Below are positions 1 through 37,042 of a stretch of 64,000 nt of DNA, piece after piece (the stretch's first letter is position 1; every line of letters starts with the position of its first letter). Source of the stretch: the human T2T-CHM13v2.0 reference genome, Homo sapiens; assembly GCF_009914755.1 (NCBI RefSeq), contig NC_060934.1. The stretch is one strand, 5' to 3'. The notes under the pieces are model-generated. The model searched no databases and was not told the origin of the DNA. It saw nothing but the letters and a program-made list of their open reading frames with translations. Both the position numbers and the translations under genes were made by a program.

Positions 1-357
<357 letters not shown>

Positions 358-705
358 TTTTCAACTTTTATTTTAGATTCAGGGATACATGTGCAGGTTT
401 ATTTCCTGGTTATATTGCATGATGCTGAGGTTTGAGTATGAGTGATGCCGACACCCAGGTACTAAGCATGGTACCCAACAGTCAGTTTTCCAACCCTTGC
501 CCCCCACCATTCCCCTGTCTAATAGTCCCCAGTGTCTATTTTTGCCATCTTTATGTCTACGAGTCACTGAGGTTTAGCTCCCACTTATAAATGAGAACAT
601 GTGGTATTCAGTTTTCTGTTTCTGTGTTAATTCACTTAGGATAATGGCCTCCAGCTGATCCATGTTGCTGCAAAGGACATGCTTTCATTCCTTTTTATGG
701 TTGCT
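358..705 (-). mobile_element. L1 3' end (L1PA15/16-like)
   Basis: tttcaacttttattttagattcagggatacatgtgcaggttt...ctcccacttataaatgagaacatgtgg is an antisense L1 3'UTR. Confidence 0.8.
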
Positions 706-2892
706 ATTTTTTACTTCTTATTTGTTTACTTTTAAACTTTTATTTTAGGTTCAGGGGTACATGTGCAGGTTTGTTATTAATATACAGGTAAACTGGGTTG
801 CAAGGGTTTGGTGTGCAGATTATTTCGTCACCCAGGAAGTAAGCATAGTTAACAGATACAGTTTTTCCATCCTCACCCTCCTTCTACCCTCCACCCTCAA
901 ATAGGCACCAGTGTCTGTTGTTCCCTTCTGTGTGTCCATATGTACTCAAAATTTAGCTCCCACTTATAAGTAGTATTTGGTTTTCTGTTTCTTTGTGAGT
1001 TTGCTTAGGATAATGGCCTCCAGCTGCATCCATGTTGCTGCAAAGGACATGATCTCATTCTTTTTTATGGCTGCATAGTATTACATTGTGTATATGTACC
1101 ATTTTTTTTAATCCAGTCTACCATTGATGGGCATTTACGTTGATTCCATGTCTTTGCTATTGTGAATAGTGCTGCGATGAACATATATATGCATGTGTCT
1201 CTATGGTGGAATGATTTATATTCATTCGGGTATATACCCAAGAATGGGATTGTTGGGTCGAATGGTAATTCTGTTTTAAGTTCTTTGAGAAATTACCAAA
1301 CTTCTTTCCACAATGGCTGGAATAATTTACATTTCACCAGCAGTGTGTAAGCATTTCCTTTTCTCCACAATCTCGCCAATATCTGTCTGATATTTTTGAC
1401 TTTTTGATAATAGCCATTACGGCTGTTGTGAGATGGTATCTCATTGTGGTTTTGATTTGCATTTCTCTAATGATTAGTGATGTTGAGCATTTTTTCCTAT
1501 GCTTGTTGGCCACATGAATGTCTTCTTTTGAAAAGTGTCAGTTCATAATCTTTGCCCACTTTTTATAGTGTTGTTTGGTTTTTGCTTGTAAATTTGTTTA
1601 AGTTCCTTATAGATTCTGGATATTAGACCTTTGTGGGATGCATAGTTTGCAAATATTTTCTTCCATTCTGTAGGGTGACTGTTTATTCTGTTGATAGTTT
1701 CTTTTGCTGTGCAGAAGCTCTTAGCTTAATTAGGTCCCATTTATAAATTTTTGTTTCCATTGCAATTACTTTTGGCATCTTGATCATGAAGTCTTTGCCA
1801 TGTCCTATGTCCATAATGACATTTTCTCAGCTGTCTTCCAGGGTTTTTGTAGTTTTACATTTAAGTCTTTAATCCATCTCGAGTTAATTTTGGTATACGG
1901 TATAAGGAAGGGATCAAGTTTCAATCTTTTGCATATGGCTAGCCAGTTATCCCAGTATCATTTATTGAATAGGGAATCCTTTCCCCACTGCTTGTTTTTG
2001 TCAATTTTGTCTAAGATCAGATGGTTGTAGGCGTGTAGCATTATTTCTGGGTTCTCTATTCCATTCCATTGATCTATGTGTCTGTTTTCATACCAGTACC
2101 GTGCTGTTTTGGTTACTGTAGCCTTGTAGTATATTTTGAAGTCAAGTAATGTTATGCCTCCAGCTTTGTTCTTTTTGCTTAGGACTTACTTGGTTATTCA
2201 GATTCTTTTTTGATTCCATATGAATTTTCTAATTACATGAATAATGTTGATAGGAGTAGCATTGAATCTGTAAATTGCTTTGAGTAATATGGCCATTTTA
2301 ACAATATTGATTCTTCCTAATTCTCGTTGGAGAGGTCTTTCACGTCTTTGGTTAGCTATATTCCTAGGTATTTTATTCTTTTTGCAGCTATTGTGAATGG
2401 GAATGCACTCTTGATTTGGCTCTCAGCTTGAATGTGATTGGTGTTAGGAATGCTACTGATTTTTGTACATTGATTTTGTATCCTGAAACTTTGCTGAAGT
2501 TGTTTATCAGATCAAGGAGCCTTTGGGCAGACACCATGGGGTTTGCCAGGTATTGAATAATATCCTCTGCAAACAAGCATAGTTTGACTTCCTCTCATTA
2601 TTTGAATACCTTTTATTTCTTTCTCTTGCCTAATTGCTCTGGTTAGGACTTCCAGAACTATGTTGAATAGGAGTGGTGAGAATGAGCATCCTTGTCTTGT
2701 TCCACTTTTCAAGGGAAATGTTCCAGCTTTTGTCCATTCAGTATGATGTTGACCATGGGTTTGTCAAAGATAGCTCTTATTATTTTGAGATATGTTTCTT
2801 CAATACTTATTTTATTGAGGGTTTTTAACATGAATGGATGTTTAATTTTATCAAAATATTTTCTGCATCTATCAGGATGATTATGTGGTTTT
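706..2892 (-). mobile_element. L1 (old L1PA, ~PA13-15) 3'UTR plus degenerate ORF2 reverse-transcriptase remnant
   Basis: Antisense L1 3' end. Minus-strand ORFs 2388-2712 give [34 protein letters not shown] and [21 protein letters not shown] (L1 ORF2 RT motifs). Confidence 0.9.
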
Positions 2893-2894
2893 CA

Positions 2895-3267
2895 CATGGA
2901 CACAAACAACTATGACACTACTCTTGTGACTTAGGACCATTGTTAAGTAATACAAAGCTTCCCTGAACAAAACCACTGGATACCCCAACAGTTGATCTGA
3001 TGACCCAGACAACTGATTACCAAGTGACTAACACATAGGTAGCATGTCCAGCCTGGAAATGCTGAACAAAGCGATGATTCATGTCCCAGCCAGGAGGGAG
3101 TAGGACAGTGCAAAATTTGATAATGCTACGCAGAAGAGCATGCAATCTAAAGCATATGAAGTGTTTATTTTATTTCTAGAATTTTCCAATTAATATTTTC
3201 AAACTGTGTTTGGCCACAGGTAACTGAAACTGCAGAAAGAGAAACCATTAATAAAAACAGACTGCTG
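2895..3267 (-). mobile_element. MER44 (Tigger7-family) DNA transposon fragment
   Basis: Reverse complement of the first ~370 nt of the element at 4471; ends ...gactgctg followed by TA. Confidence 0.75.
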
Positions 3268-3681
3268 TATTTAATGTTGTCATAGTTTAGTTAATGAACA
3301 CTTGGGTTACTTTCATCTTGGGCTATTATGAATAAAGCTGCTATGACTGTTCATGGAAAAGTCTTTTTGTGGATATATGCTTATACCTAGTTGTGGAATT
3401 GCTGTTTTTTATGTAAGTGTCGTTTACCTTTATAGGAAACTGTCAAACTTTTCCAAACTGTTTGTCAATTTGATACTCCCACTAGCACTTTATGCACTTT
3501 ATGAAATTTCCAATTGTTCTACACCTTTGGAATTGTCAGATATTTGCCATCTTACTGGGCTGTAATATTTCCTTGTGATTCTGTTGTGCATTTTTCCAAT
3601 GACTAAAGGTGTTGAGCGTATTTTTGCATGCTTGTTAGCCACCTATGCATCTTTTTTGTGAAGTTATTGATTAAATATTTT

Positions 3682-4026
<345 letters not shown>

Positions 4027-4212
4027 TGATTAAATATTTTTCTATCTTTGTAGGTTGTTTGTTTTACTATCATGTTTGTAAGAATTATTTTTATATTCTG
4101 GATACAAGTTCTTTGTTAGGAGTGTATTGTAGACACTTTTTCCAAGTCTGTGTCTTGCCTGAAAAGGCAATGAAAATTTTCTTAACAATATCTTTTGAAG
4201 AATAGGGTTTTA

Positions 4213-4287
4213 GTTCTTGTTTAGACAGCACATATACTAAAATTGGAATGATACAGAGAAGATTAGCATGACCCTGCACAAGGATGA
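4213..4287 (+). pseudogene. U6 snRNA retro-pseudogene, 3'-truncated (U6 nt ~1-76)
   Basis: gttcttgtttagacagcacatatactaaaattggaatgatacagagaagattagcatgaccctgcacaaggatga matches U6 including the ACAGAGA box; degenerate TSD aagaatagggtttta / aagagtaggtttta. Confidence 0.95.
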
Positions 4288-4470
4288 AGAGTAGGTTTTA
4301 AATTTTCATAAAGTCCAGTTTATCTGTTTTTTTATAGAGTGATTTTTATGTTTTGTCTAAGAAATCTTTGCTTATTCTAAGGTAGCAAATATTTTTCTCC
4401 TCTATTTTCTACTAGAAGATTTTGGTTTTGGCTTTTACATTTAGGTCTGTGACTTTCAGCACACTAAATA

Positions 4471-5167
4471 CAGTAGTCCCTTCTTATCCATGTTTCTCTT
4501 TTTGCAGGTTCAGTTACATATGGTCAACCATAGTCCAAAAATGTTAACTGGAAAATTCCAGAAATAAACAATTCATGCATTTTAAATTGCATGCTGTTCT
4601 GTGTAGCATGATCAAATTTCACAGTGCCCTACTCCCTCCTGCCTGGGACATGAATCATCCCTTTGTCCAGCATTTCCAGGCTGGACATGCTACCTAGGCA
4701 TTAGTCACTTGGTAATCAGTTGTCTTGGTTATCAGATCAGCTGTTGTGGTATCCAGTGCTGTTGTTCAGTTAAGCCTCATTTTACTTAATAATGGCCCTC
4801 AATCACAAGAATAGTGATACCTATGTCAGTCACCTCACTTTATCACCACACATAGGCATTATATCATCTCATATCATCACAAGAAGGGTGAGTAGAGTAT
4901 AATAAGTTATTAAGACAGACAGAGAGAGAGGGATGGAAAGAAAGTGAGAGAGACCACATGTACATCAATTTTATGGCCGTACACTGTTCTATTTTATTAT
5001 TAGTTATTGTTGTTACTCTCTTACTGTGCCTAATTTATAAATTAAACTTTGTTATAGTTATGTATGTATAGAAAAAACATAGTATATATAGGTTCAGTAT
5101 TATTCACAGTTCTAGGAATCCACTGGGGTCTTAGAATATACTCCCCATGAATAAAGGGGAACTACTG
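4471..5167 (+). mobile_element. MER44 (Tigger7-family) DNA transposon, both TIRs present
   Basis: TIRs cagtagtcccttcttatccatg ... catgaataaaggggaactactg; TA target duplication at 4469-70 and 5168-69; empty TA site in the paralog at ~41769. Confidence 0.85.
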
Positions 5168-7054
5168 TAAGCCATTCCATTGTCTTTGGCTTGCTGTTTC
5201 CATTGAAAAGTCTGCAGTCATTCCTTCTTTGTTTTCCCTGTATCTTTCTCCCCCTGTCTGCTTTTAAGTTTTTTTTTTCTCTATTATTGGGTTTCACAGT
5301 TTTACCATTTTTTGTGTTTTTTTTTGGTTTTCATTGGATTTATCCTACTTGATATTGTTCAACTTCTTGGATACATAGATTCATTTTTACAAATCAATAT
5401 TGGATATTTTCAGCCATGATTTCTCCAATTTTATTTAACACTTGACCCAGGACTGCAATTAGATGCATGTGAAACTGCTTATTATTACCCCAAAGATCAT
5501 GAAGACTCTGCAGATTTTTCAGCCCTTTTTTCCCCTCTCTGAACTTGGCAGTGTGAATGGTTTTTCTATTGCCATGTCTCAGTTTTCTGATATTCTCTTC
5601 TGTATTTCTTAATATGCTAATCTTGCCTAATAGTTACTATTTGTCTTCTCATTATGCCTATGTTTTCCTTTAGCTCTTAATCTTATTTATAATAGCTGTT
5701 TTAAAGTACTCATCTGTTAATATTATAATCCCTATCAATTCTAGGTCTCCTTCTATTGACTAGTGAGTCATATTTTTCTGCTTCTTTGTATGCCAAATAA
5801 TTTGATAATGGATACTGAATACCAATAATTTTACATTTTTGCAGATCAGATTGATGCTTGAAGATTTGTTTTTATGCTTTCTTATGGCAGATTGAGATTA
5901 ACCTTTATTCTAGGGATATTTTAGTCCTCCTAAAGCATGGCCTTTTGGGGGTGTCTACTAAATGCTCTGATTATACAATAAAATCTCTTACTCTGTTGGA
6001 CCGAATGTCTTCCATCATGTGTGAGCTCCAGGAGTTGTTTGGATTACAAAGTCCACCAGCAAATTGTTCTTTCTCATATGGTTGTTATCTGACCAGTCTC
6101 ATGGAATCTTATGCTTTGTAAGCATGTTAGTATTATTCAAGGACTCAAGTGGACTCCTGTGCCAGTTTCTGGAGCTTTTCATATTTGTAGCTTCTCCTCT
6201 TCAGTACTCTGCTCTGCTCATTCCAAATACTTTGGCCTCACTGAAATCTGATCTTCATCTCCTCAGCCTGTTGAGTCTACCTTTCTCTTCTCAGATTCTC
6301 CCTCTCTCTGCTAGGGTCCTGGAAATGTCTCCAGACATATAGCTGAAGTAATTGGTGATCTCACCTCATTTGTTTTCCTTTTTCACTTATTTTAGTCTTG
6401 CATTGCTTATTGTCCAATCTTGGGAAACTTCATATATATTTTCCAGACTTTTAATTATTTATGGTAAAAGAGCAAGTCTGAAGCCAGTTGCCCCATCATG
6501 GCTAGAAGTGTAAATCCCTCAGCTTATAATTTTTGAAAGAGACTTTGCTTCATGCCTTACAAGGGTAGTTGTGGAATGCGCATGAATAACAACCTCTGGC
6601 TTAGCCTGCCCCTTTGTGAGCCTCCTTGTATAATTCATAATTGTTTGGTGCCTCAAACATCTTAGGTATGGAACAAATATATATATTTGGTACAAATTAT
6701 TGTTAGTCGATTTTTTTTTCTTTTTGACTTTTCTCTTTTGTGGTTTCTCTTTTTTCACTTTCATTACACCTCTCAATAGTCATGCTGTGATCTTTGGGTC
6801 TGTTGAATTTTGCAACTCTTCCTATTTACTCTCTCTTCTTGTTCATTGGCACCTGGAAAAGTTTGTTATTCCATTCTTTAGTACTTTCAGTTGTCTCCCA
6901 TTCCAAACCCATTGAGAGTGCATATTTTGAAAGAAGCTCATAAGGGGTGGAAGATGGGCTAAGTGGGTATACAACAGGGTTGACCGGAAACCACAGAGAA
7001 GCTAAGCAGATCTGTAAAGCTGTATTTGTGATGTAAAGAGAGTAAAGTTAATCT

Positions 7055-7255
7055 AGAATTGTGCAATACATTACAGCAGCCACTAGCCACATATGACCAT
7101 TGATCAGTTGACATGTGACTAGTACCACATGTTAATATTGATATGATAATATTTTGTATGTATTGAATTATAAAAATCGTTAACATTATTTTCACTGGTT
7201 TCTTTTTGCATTTTAAATGTGGCTTGCTTATATTCCTATTGGGCAGTGCTAATCT
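7055..7255. mobile_element. MER3/MER33-like hAT MITE
   Basis: gcagccactagccacat... and ...ctattgggcagtgct termini. Confidence 0.55.
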
Positions 7256-9039
7256 AGAAAGCACAAGAGAGGGGAAGGGAAGTGAGGTTTTAAGAAAGAC
7301 AGTACAATGACCAGTCTGCATTTTAGAACTGACTTTCTAACAGTGTATAGAGAACAGACAGAAAAGGAACAGTCTGAGGGCAAGGAAGGCAGTTAGACTA
7401 CTGTGATGGCTCAGGAAAGACATGATTTGTCATATTCAGTATCACAAAAGTTGTATTTCTGTTTGATAAAATTACCATTTACTACATTAGTATTGGAAAG
7501 CAGACTATAAATAAAACAAAAAAATAGGCTATACAAAGCGTATTTGCATGAATTTGTTTTGGAAAGCAAATACCCAGTCTTACACACCTGTATATACATA
7601 CTAATGCCCCCTGGTATTCATTCCTGACTATATTTTAGTCCAAGGCTAGACTAACACAGCCTGGGAAAAGATGGCCTTCCGTGGATTGACACAAACAAGT
7701 CATTTGGAAATGGTGAGAAGAAATTGTCCCTCCTGACAGCTCTGCTACTTACCAACTGTGTGTTCCTGGGCAGGTTGATTAAACTCATGTCTCACCGACT
7801 TCATAAGGAAAACAGCTAATCCTTTAAGTTTGGTGGGAGATTAAAGGCAAAAACTTAAAAAGTGTGGAAACCTAAATAATTAATGCTATAAAATTTTAGG
7901 TATGCTTGTTATTCTAGGCCACAAAGAAAACCATCTTTATGCATAACAGAAGAGGGTTGACTATACGTTCACGCCTTGGGCCTGGATAGTGAAAGTGTGA
8001 CCCACTCACATTTGGCAGGATGGTTGCTCTCTAGAAGGTGTGAAGCAATTAACCACCCCCAGAACTTCACAGTATTTTTCTGCTCAGGGAAGTTTGGGAT
8101 ACTCCAGAGAGCATGTCTTCCTCACCTTCAATGATCTTGGAAAGAGGCTGAGCTAGATAAAGGGAAGCAGGACAGGCTCTCTGAAGGTTAAGTAAATGAG
8201 ACCTCCTTTGGCTAACATGCTGGTTATCTGGCCACACAGGTGTTCTGAAACCTTTCTTTCCCTCACCAGGAGTTTAGTATCACAAGGTTGTCAGAAGCAG
8301 AGCCTAAACTTAAACCAATATTTAACTCTGCTGCAATTTGATTAGAAGCATCCAAGTTTGGCATTTTTATTTTCAAATGTGCAAGGTTTCTGGGGCAAAG
8401 TTGAACTGATGTTATATAATGCATTGGTAAATAGGACACATGGAATTAATTCTCAGTGAGATCCCATCTTGGCTGTCAATGCCATGAGGTAGTAGGGTGA
8501 GGACTCTCAATGCTTCATTACCATTTGAACAGCTTCTTGTCAAGCCTGCAATCCTGAGATGTGAGGAGTGACAGAGGCTGGTAGAAAGTAGGGTTTTGAT
8601 GGGAGCTCCAATCTGCCTCTGGTGTTGCAGGGTCTCCTATGTATCAAGAACATTGAGCTGCTCCAAGTTCAGATCAGTTGTGTCTAGGGACCCAGGCAAC
8701 ACTGGGTGAATTTTCTCTAAATTGTGGGTATCATACGGGCTCAGACTGAAGGTAGAACAATAGTCACCACTAGGGACTGAACTGAAAAATGCCCATTAGA
8801 ATTTAAAATTTACCACAATAAAGTGAATACTTGAGCACTTATATTCTGTGATATGGGAAGTGGCAGGAAAGGGATTTTCAAAAAATCAAGTATTAGAAAA
8901 AAATCTGTCCAAGCATTAGTGTTATCCGTAAGTACCATCCAAATCTCATGTTGAAATTTTTAGCCCGGCATTTAATGTTTGATACATGGACTGTTCATGG
9001 AAGTAGAAGAAACATTCTATAATAAATAATCTATTGGTT

Positions 9040-9720
<681 letters not shown>

Positions 9721-9726
9721 TAGCAA

Positions 9727-10166
<440 letters not shown>

Positions 10167-11714
10167 TCATCCAGAGCAGATGTAATAGACGGCTGATTAT
10201 GTACCATTCCGTTCTTAGCTTTTATAAATTTGAGAAGTTGAATCTTCTTGAGATATTATAAAATTTGAACTTATTTTAGTTTACAAAATATCCCCACAGA
10301 TTTCACTATTTCAGAATTTGGTGACTATTGATCCTAATTCTTTATACTATATTAAACAAATGTCCCCCTAATTATGGATTACATTTTGTGCCATCTAAAA
10401 TGACAACTTAGAAACTTTGTGTGAATTACTTGGTAACTCACACAAAATGTAAATAACTTCATGGTAAAACCAGAGGAAACAATGACTGTCATAGGATATG
10501 ACTCTGAGATCAATGTAGCATTACCATCACTAAATACTAGAGAGATGCAAGACTTCTGTTTTTAGAGGCTTCTGGATTTTTTTTTTCCACATGTTTTGAA
10601 TAAAAGAAATTTCAACAGCTTTTTACTTATGAGACTGTGGAGACAATTATTATTGCAGCCATTATGCAAAATAAATTGCTTTGCTTTTCATATTCATTCC
10701 ATTTGTTCAATCATCCATCAGAGATGTTTTGAAGGCCTGCTGTGTATCAAGCACTGGGCTAGGTGCTAGGATGTGACAACAAGGCCTTGAGCATTCCAGC
10801 CTTCTCTGAGTTTATAATATACAAATGATCAGTCTTAAGTGAGAGAAGTTCTAAAAAGAACCTTCCTTAGAGGGAACAAGGGAACCAGCTTAACCATGGC
10901 TGGGGAAGATTGCCTGAGGAGGGGATGAAAGGCTGATATTTGAAAGATTAGGTAGGAATTTGCCATGGTGTCCATCCATGGATCCTTCCTTGTGCCTTCT
11001 GTCTTTATCTTAACAATTCCCTTGCCAAACTTCCTTGAACTTCCCTTGTACACGATAATTCTGTTGCTTTTCTCTATACCTATAAACTTTTCCAGGGGAT
11101 TGAATTATTTTTGACCACTTTTGACCTACGAATGTGACAATTTCAACAACTCAGTGTATAGCTGTGACACTTTCAGGCTAAAAGGTTCTGGTCTCTTAAA
11201 ATTATGGTATCACATTGTACTCTTTTTAACATTTATTGTAAGCAATCCATCATTAACTGAAAACATCCCAGTTATTTTCCATCAAACAATTCTCTTTCAG
11301 ATTATTTTTTCTAAACCATTTTCTTCCAAGTTGAGTCATATTTTTTCTGCTTATTCATCATTTCATCTGATAGTGGGGTCAGTGATTCTGCCTCTATGCT
11401 TTCGGCTGTACCTCCAATTCCTTTTCTTAGCTTGTTTATTCTTTCCTCCATGACATTGTTGAGAAATAAATCAGTTCTATGGACTATCAAAATTAATCAA
11501 ATGCTTTTCCAGAAGGTATGAGCTCTCTTGAAGGATTGCTTCTATTTCACTGTTTTTGAGGGTAAGGCAAGGTTATACAAAAATGGCAAGAGCTGGTAGG
11601 CTGCTGGTATTTGTTTTTAAGACTGCTGTTATCAAATCTGTGAAAACAATTTAATTTCACACATGCCCACAGACAGGCACAGAGAATTGTGAACTTAAAA
11701 AGAGACAGAAAGAC

Positions 11715-11746
11715 TAGAACCTTTACTATATAGAACCTTTACTATA
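11715..11746. repeat. Perfect 16-bp tandem duplication in the PNLIP proximal promoter
   Basis: tagaacctttactata x2; single copy in the paralog (~42955). Confidence 0.95.
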
Positions 11747-11917
11747 ATGAAATTAAAGTGGTTTTGAGCTTTACATAATCACATATCTACCCCCTTTCTC
11801 ATCATCCCACAACTACTATGGAAAACTTTACTCTGTCAACCTTAGTTTATCTATGATTAAAATTAGAAACACATCCTTGGGCCTTTCTTTGCATGCCATT
11901 TTTCCACGGTTTCAAAA

Positions 11918-11938
11918 AGATAAGCTTCGCCTATAAAA
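11918..11938 (+). promoter_or_regulatory. PNLIP: PNLIP core promoter: GATA site (AGATAAG 11918-24) and TATA box (TATAAAA 11932-38)
   Basis: Consensus motifs ~25 nt upstream of exon 1; both conserved in the paralog at 43154-43174. Confidence 0.85.
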
Positions 11939-11958
11939 GGAGTTTTTGTTGCTATCTG

Positions 11959-11989
11959 GTTGCGTGTGGAACCTGACGGAACTGCCACG
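11959..11989 (+). other. PNLIP: PNLIP exon 1 (5'UTR, non-coding; start approximate)
   Basis: Ends ...gaactgccacg followed by donor gtgagt at 11990. Confidence 0.8.
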
Positions 11990-12123
11990 GTGAGTCGGGA
12001 ACATGTTTTCCAGGCCTAATTGATCAGAATGTATCCATTTTCCCCCAGAGGTCTAAATGAACTAAAACTTGCCGATCTTTTAAAAACTTAGCCAGACTCA
12101 ATCATGTTTTTAATTTCGTGTAG

Positions 12124-33827
<21,704 letters not shown>

Positions 33828-33862
33828 GAGACTACTGTTATTTGACCAATGAATTGACTTCT

Positions 33863-33868
33863 AATAAA
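33863..33868 (+). terminator. PNLIP: PNLIP polyadenylation signal
   Basis: AATAAA 35 nt after the stop, with a GT/T-rich element downstream (tgtttcttttgt). Confidence 0.9.
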
Positions 33869-35139
33869 ATCTAGTGGTGATGCATTACATGCCTGTTTCT
33901 TTTGTCCAAAACCTCGATTGTTTCAAGTGAATCTGTTGGATGAAGTGACTAAAATCCAAAATTTGGAGTTGGTCAAAAGAACCACCAATGGCTGTTAAAT
34001 TTTGCTGCATATTTGACCTTAAGAATGTTGTTTACATGGTACTGTCATCATGTTCATTATCAATATTACTTATGCCATTCTGGTCACTTAAGGCAGTCTT
34101 CCATGTCCAAAATGACCCCCTCTTGGTGGGCTCACATGGAAAGACTCACAATTGCCACTTTTTCCATAATCTTTAAGTTCTGTGTCTGCTCCTAATCAGA
34201 TATCTCAGGGGAAATGACACACAAGGAGATAAGGACTAGACAGATCCAATGCTCCCTAACAGGTCTACCTGGTCTATGTGGGGCTCCCCCAAACCCCTCA
34301 CTTCTGCAGCCTCTTTGATTTTTCTAAAGCGCAAATAAATCATCTTCCCAGTGGTCCCCAGGACAGAATCCATATTCTTTAGTAAGCCTTGTGAGGTCCC
34401 TCTTGGTCTGGTTGTCTCCTTGGACTCTAGCTTCATCTTTCACTATGTTCCTTCTGGAACTCTACATTCTGACCCTGTCCCCCAAGAGGGTTGTCTTGAT
34501 CTCTGATGCTGCTGGATGTTGTCAGGAACTCTTCTTCTTCCTGGGATGTTCTTTTCTCTGTCTTCCTGTCTGTTAAGCTCCTACTGGTTCTTAAATCTTT
34601 TTGTAGACATCACTTCCTCCAGGACTCACCTCCATTATCCATACCCACTAAGACTTGATGAGGGGCTTACCACTATTATACTCCCACCACACCCAGACAT
34701 TTTGCCGTCTCAACACTGGACTTCCCATATTGTAATTGCTTGCTGGCTCACTTCTCTGTGTAGCCCATTTCTAAACTCCTTAAGGAGTTTTCCCATTGTA
34801 TGTGCCTGGCACATGCCTGGCATATAGTAGAAGAGAAAATATGTATTTTTTGTATGACTTTCCCACTAATGGGACCAACGAATGAGTCCACTAGGGTCAG
34901 GTACTTAAAATTAGGCCATGTCTAAACAATACATCCTAAGAAAGAAAGGGATATTTGTGTTAGGTCTTAAAAGTTGAGTAGGGATTTGCTAAGAGGACAT
35001 GGTGGAAAGGGCACTCCAGAGACAAGGAACAGCATAGCCAAAGGCACAGGGCTATGAAAAATTGAAAATGCCATTTATTCTGTATTTCACCAAAATATAT
35101 GAAGTTAATCAACACACAAAGACTTGTTAAAGGGCCACC

Positions 35140-35890
35140 CGTTTATATTAATTAGGATGTTTCACTTGCATGAATCAAAATCTCCAATTCAAAGTTGCTT
35201 TAACAACAAGGAAGTGTTTGGCTCACATGATTGGAAAGTTCAGAGGTCGAGGAAGCTTCAGGTTTTGATGACCCAGTCACTCAATAACCTCTTCAAAAGC
35301 CACTTTCTTTTTCTATCTTCTGATATCTATGGTGCTAGTTCTATACCAAGTCTGGCTCCCTTCTCAGTTGAAGAATGGCCATCTCCCACAATTGAGGCTA
35401 TAAACATTTATTTCACATTCAACAAGGAGAGAAAGTGCATCTTCTTTCCTATTTTTTTCTCACAAAACTTGTGAGATTCACTCTTATTGGCCCCTGACCA
35501 TGGGAGTAGAATGTGCTGATTGTCTTAAGTCAATCAGTGAACACTCCTGGGCAAAGAACAAGGCCAGCATCCTCAATGTACATGAACTATATAGAGAAGG
35601 AATTGATATCTAAATGAAAAAGGGAGTTAAGAATGACTCATGGGTCATCATTACAACTGGAAGGATGGAGTTGCCATTGCCTGAAATGGACATGCTTTGA
35701 GAGGCACGATTTTGAAGAGGCAGGTCAGAAGGTCAGTTTTAGTCATGTCAAATTTGAGAGGCTCATCAGGCATGCAACTGGGCATGGCATGCTGGCATTT
35801 GGATATATAAGCACAGAAGTGAGGACAGAAATCTAGGTTAGACACATAAACTTTGGCATCTTTAGTCTATAGATGTCATTTTTAAGCACT
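35140..35890. mobile_element. Old MaLR LTR fragment followed by L2 fragment
   Basis: ttggctcacatgattggaaagttcagagg (MLT1-like); actggaaggatggagttgccatt...gtcagttttagtcatgtcaaatttgag (L2-like). Confidence 0.45.
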
Positions 35891-36529
35891 GCACTTCCCT
35901 GTAAAGAGAATAATGCAATGTTTATCACGTGAGTGCTTAATGAATGTTTATAATTGTAATTACCATGAGGACCTCATGAAACTTTCCTAAACATTAATGA
36001 TAATGATGAATAATGAATAATAAAAATCAATGAAGAAATAGGATTATGTGCAAATTTACTCATTTAATAAGATTGAACAAAGGAGTTTAATTTTTAAAAA
36101 TCAGTTAAAAATCTTTTGTAAAGAAAGATATCCATTTTCATCATAACGAAGCTGTTTCCAAGTTAGTTTAATCATTTCAAATGAATGGTTTACTCAAATT
36201 ATTTCTATATTTCTAAACTTAATAAATTTTTTGGAAATACTACTTTTAGAACCCTAAATCAAATTTTTCTTCCCCTAAGAGATGAACATTTGTGAAAGGA
36301 TGCTGATAATGTTCAGAATGCATGATGTAAGATAGTGGTAGAGACAATGGCAGAGAATTGATGAATTTGTTAATTCAAGAAGTGCTTAGAGAATGTTGAC
36401 AATGTGCCAAGCCCTAGTCTAATATCAGAGAACTAAAGTTGAAAATATAGGTATCATCCCTACCCTCATGGAGTTTTCTGTCTTATTTGATGTTTCTCGA
36501 AGTGTGATCCACCTAATAGAAGACAGCTG

Positions 36530-37042
36530 ATGAATTAGTTGGCTAGCACTGCATAGCACATCACCCCAAAGCTCAGTGACTTAATAACAATAATCATGTA
36601 TTATGGTCCTGTGGGCCAACAGACAGATCTCCTGATCTGGGGCAGGGTTGGCTGATTTTGCTTGGTCTCACTCATGTATTTATTGGTGGTCAGCTTGTAG
36701 GTTGGCAGAGGGCTGGATGGTTTAGTAGGGCCTGTGTGCATTGGCTTTCCTCCACATGATCTCTCATCCTTCAGCATGCTAGCCTGTGCTATTGAACTTG
36801 AACTCCCAAGGGACCAAGAAAATGAGCATAAGCAAGGAAGACTGCTTGAGGCCTAGGCTCAGAAGTAGCAAAATATCATTTTCCCCACATTCTATTGAAC
36901 AAAGCAAGTCACAAGGTAAGCACAAATTCAAAGATGAATACATAGACTCTATTTCTTAATGGGAGGAGCTTAAAAGTCATATTGCAAAAGGCATTGCTAG
37001 GGAGAGTAGCAGGGAACTGGGACCATTTTTGTAATCAATCTA
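36530..37042. mobile_element. MLT1-type MaLR LTR
   Basis: ccccaaagctcagtgacttaa...aggctcagaagtagca...cacattctattg..caaagcaagtcacaagg...aaagtcatattgcaaa. Confidence 0.7.

Noticed and set aside
379-2880. Several 60-76 aa ORFs, some with RT-like motifs
   Set aside because: Fragments of a degenerate antisense L1; no intact ORF2
4091-4279. ORF MQGHANLLCIIPILVYVLSK...
   Set aside because: Antisense reading of the U6 retrocopy
4213-4287. Functional U6 snRNA gene
   Set aside because: Lacks the 3' ~30 nt and terminator, has several substitutions, has a TSD and no recognisable PSE/TATA promoter
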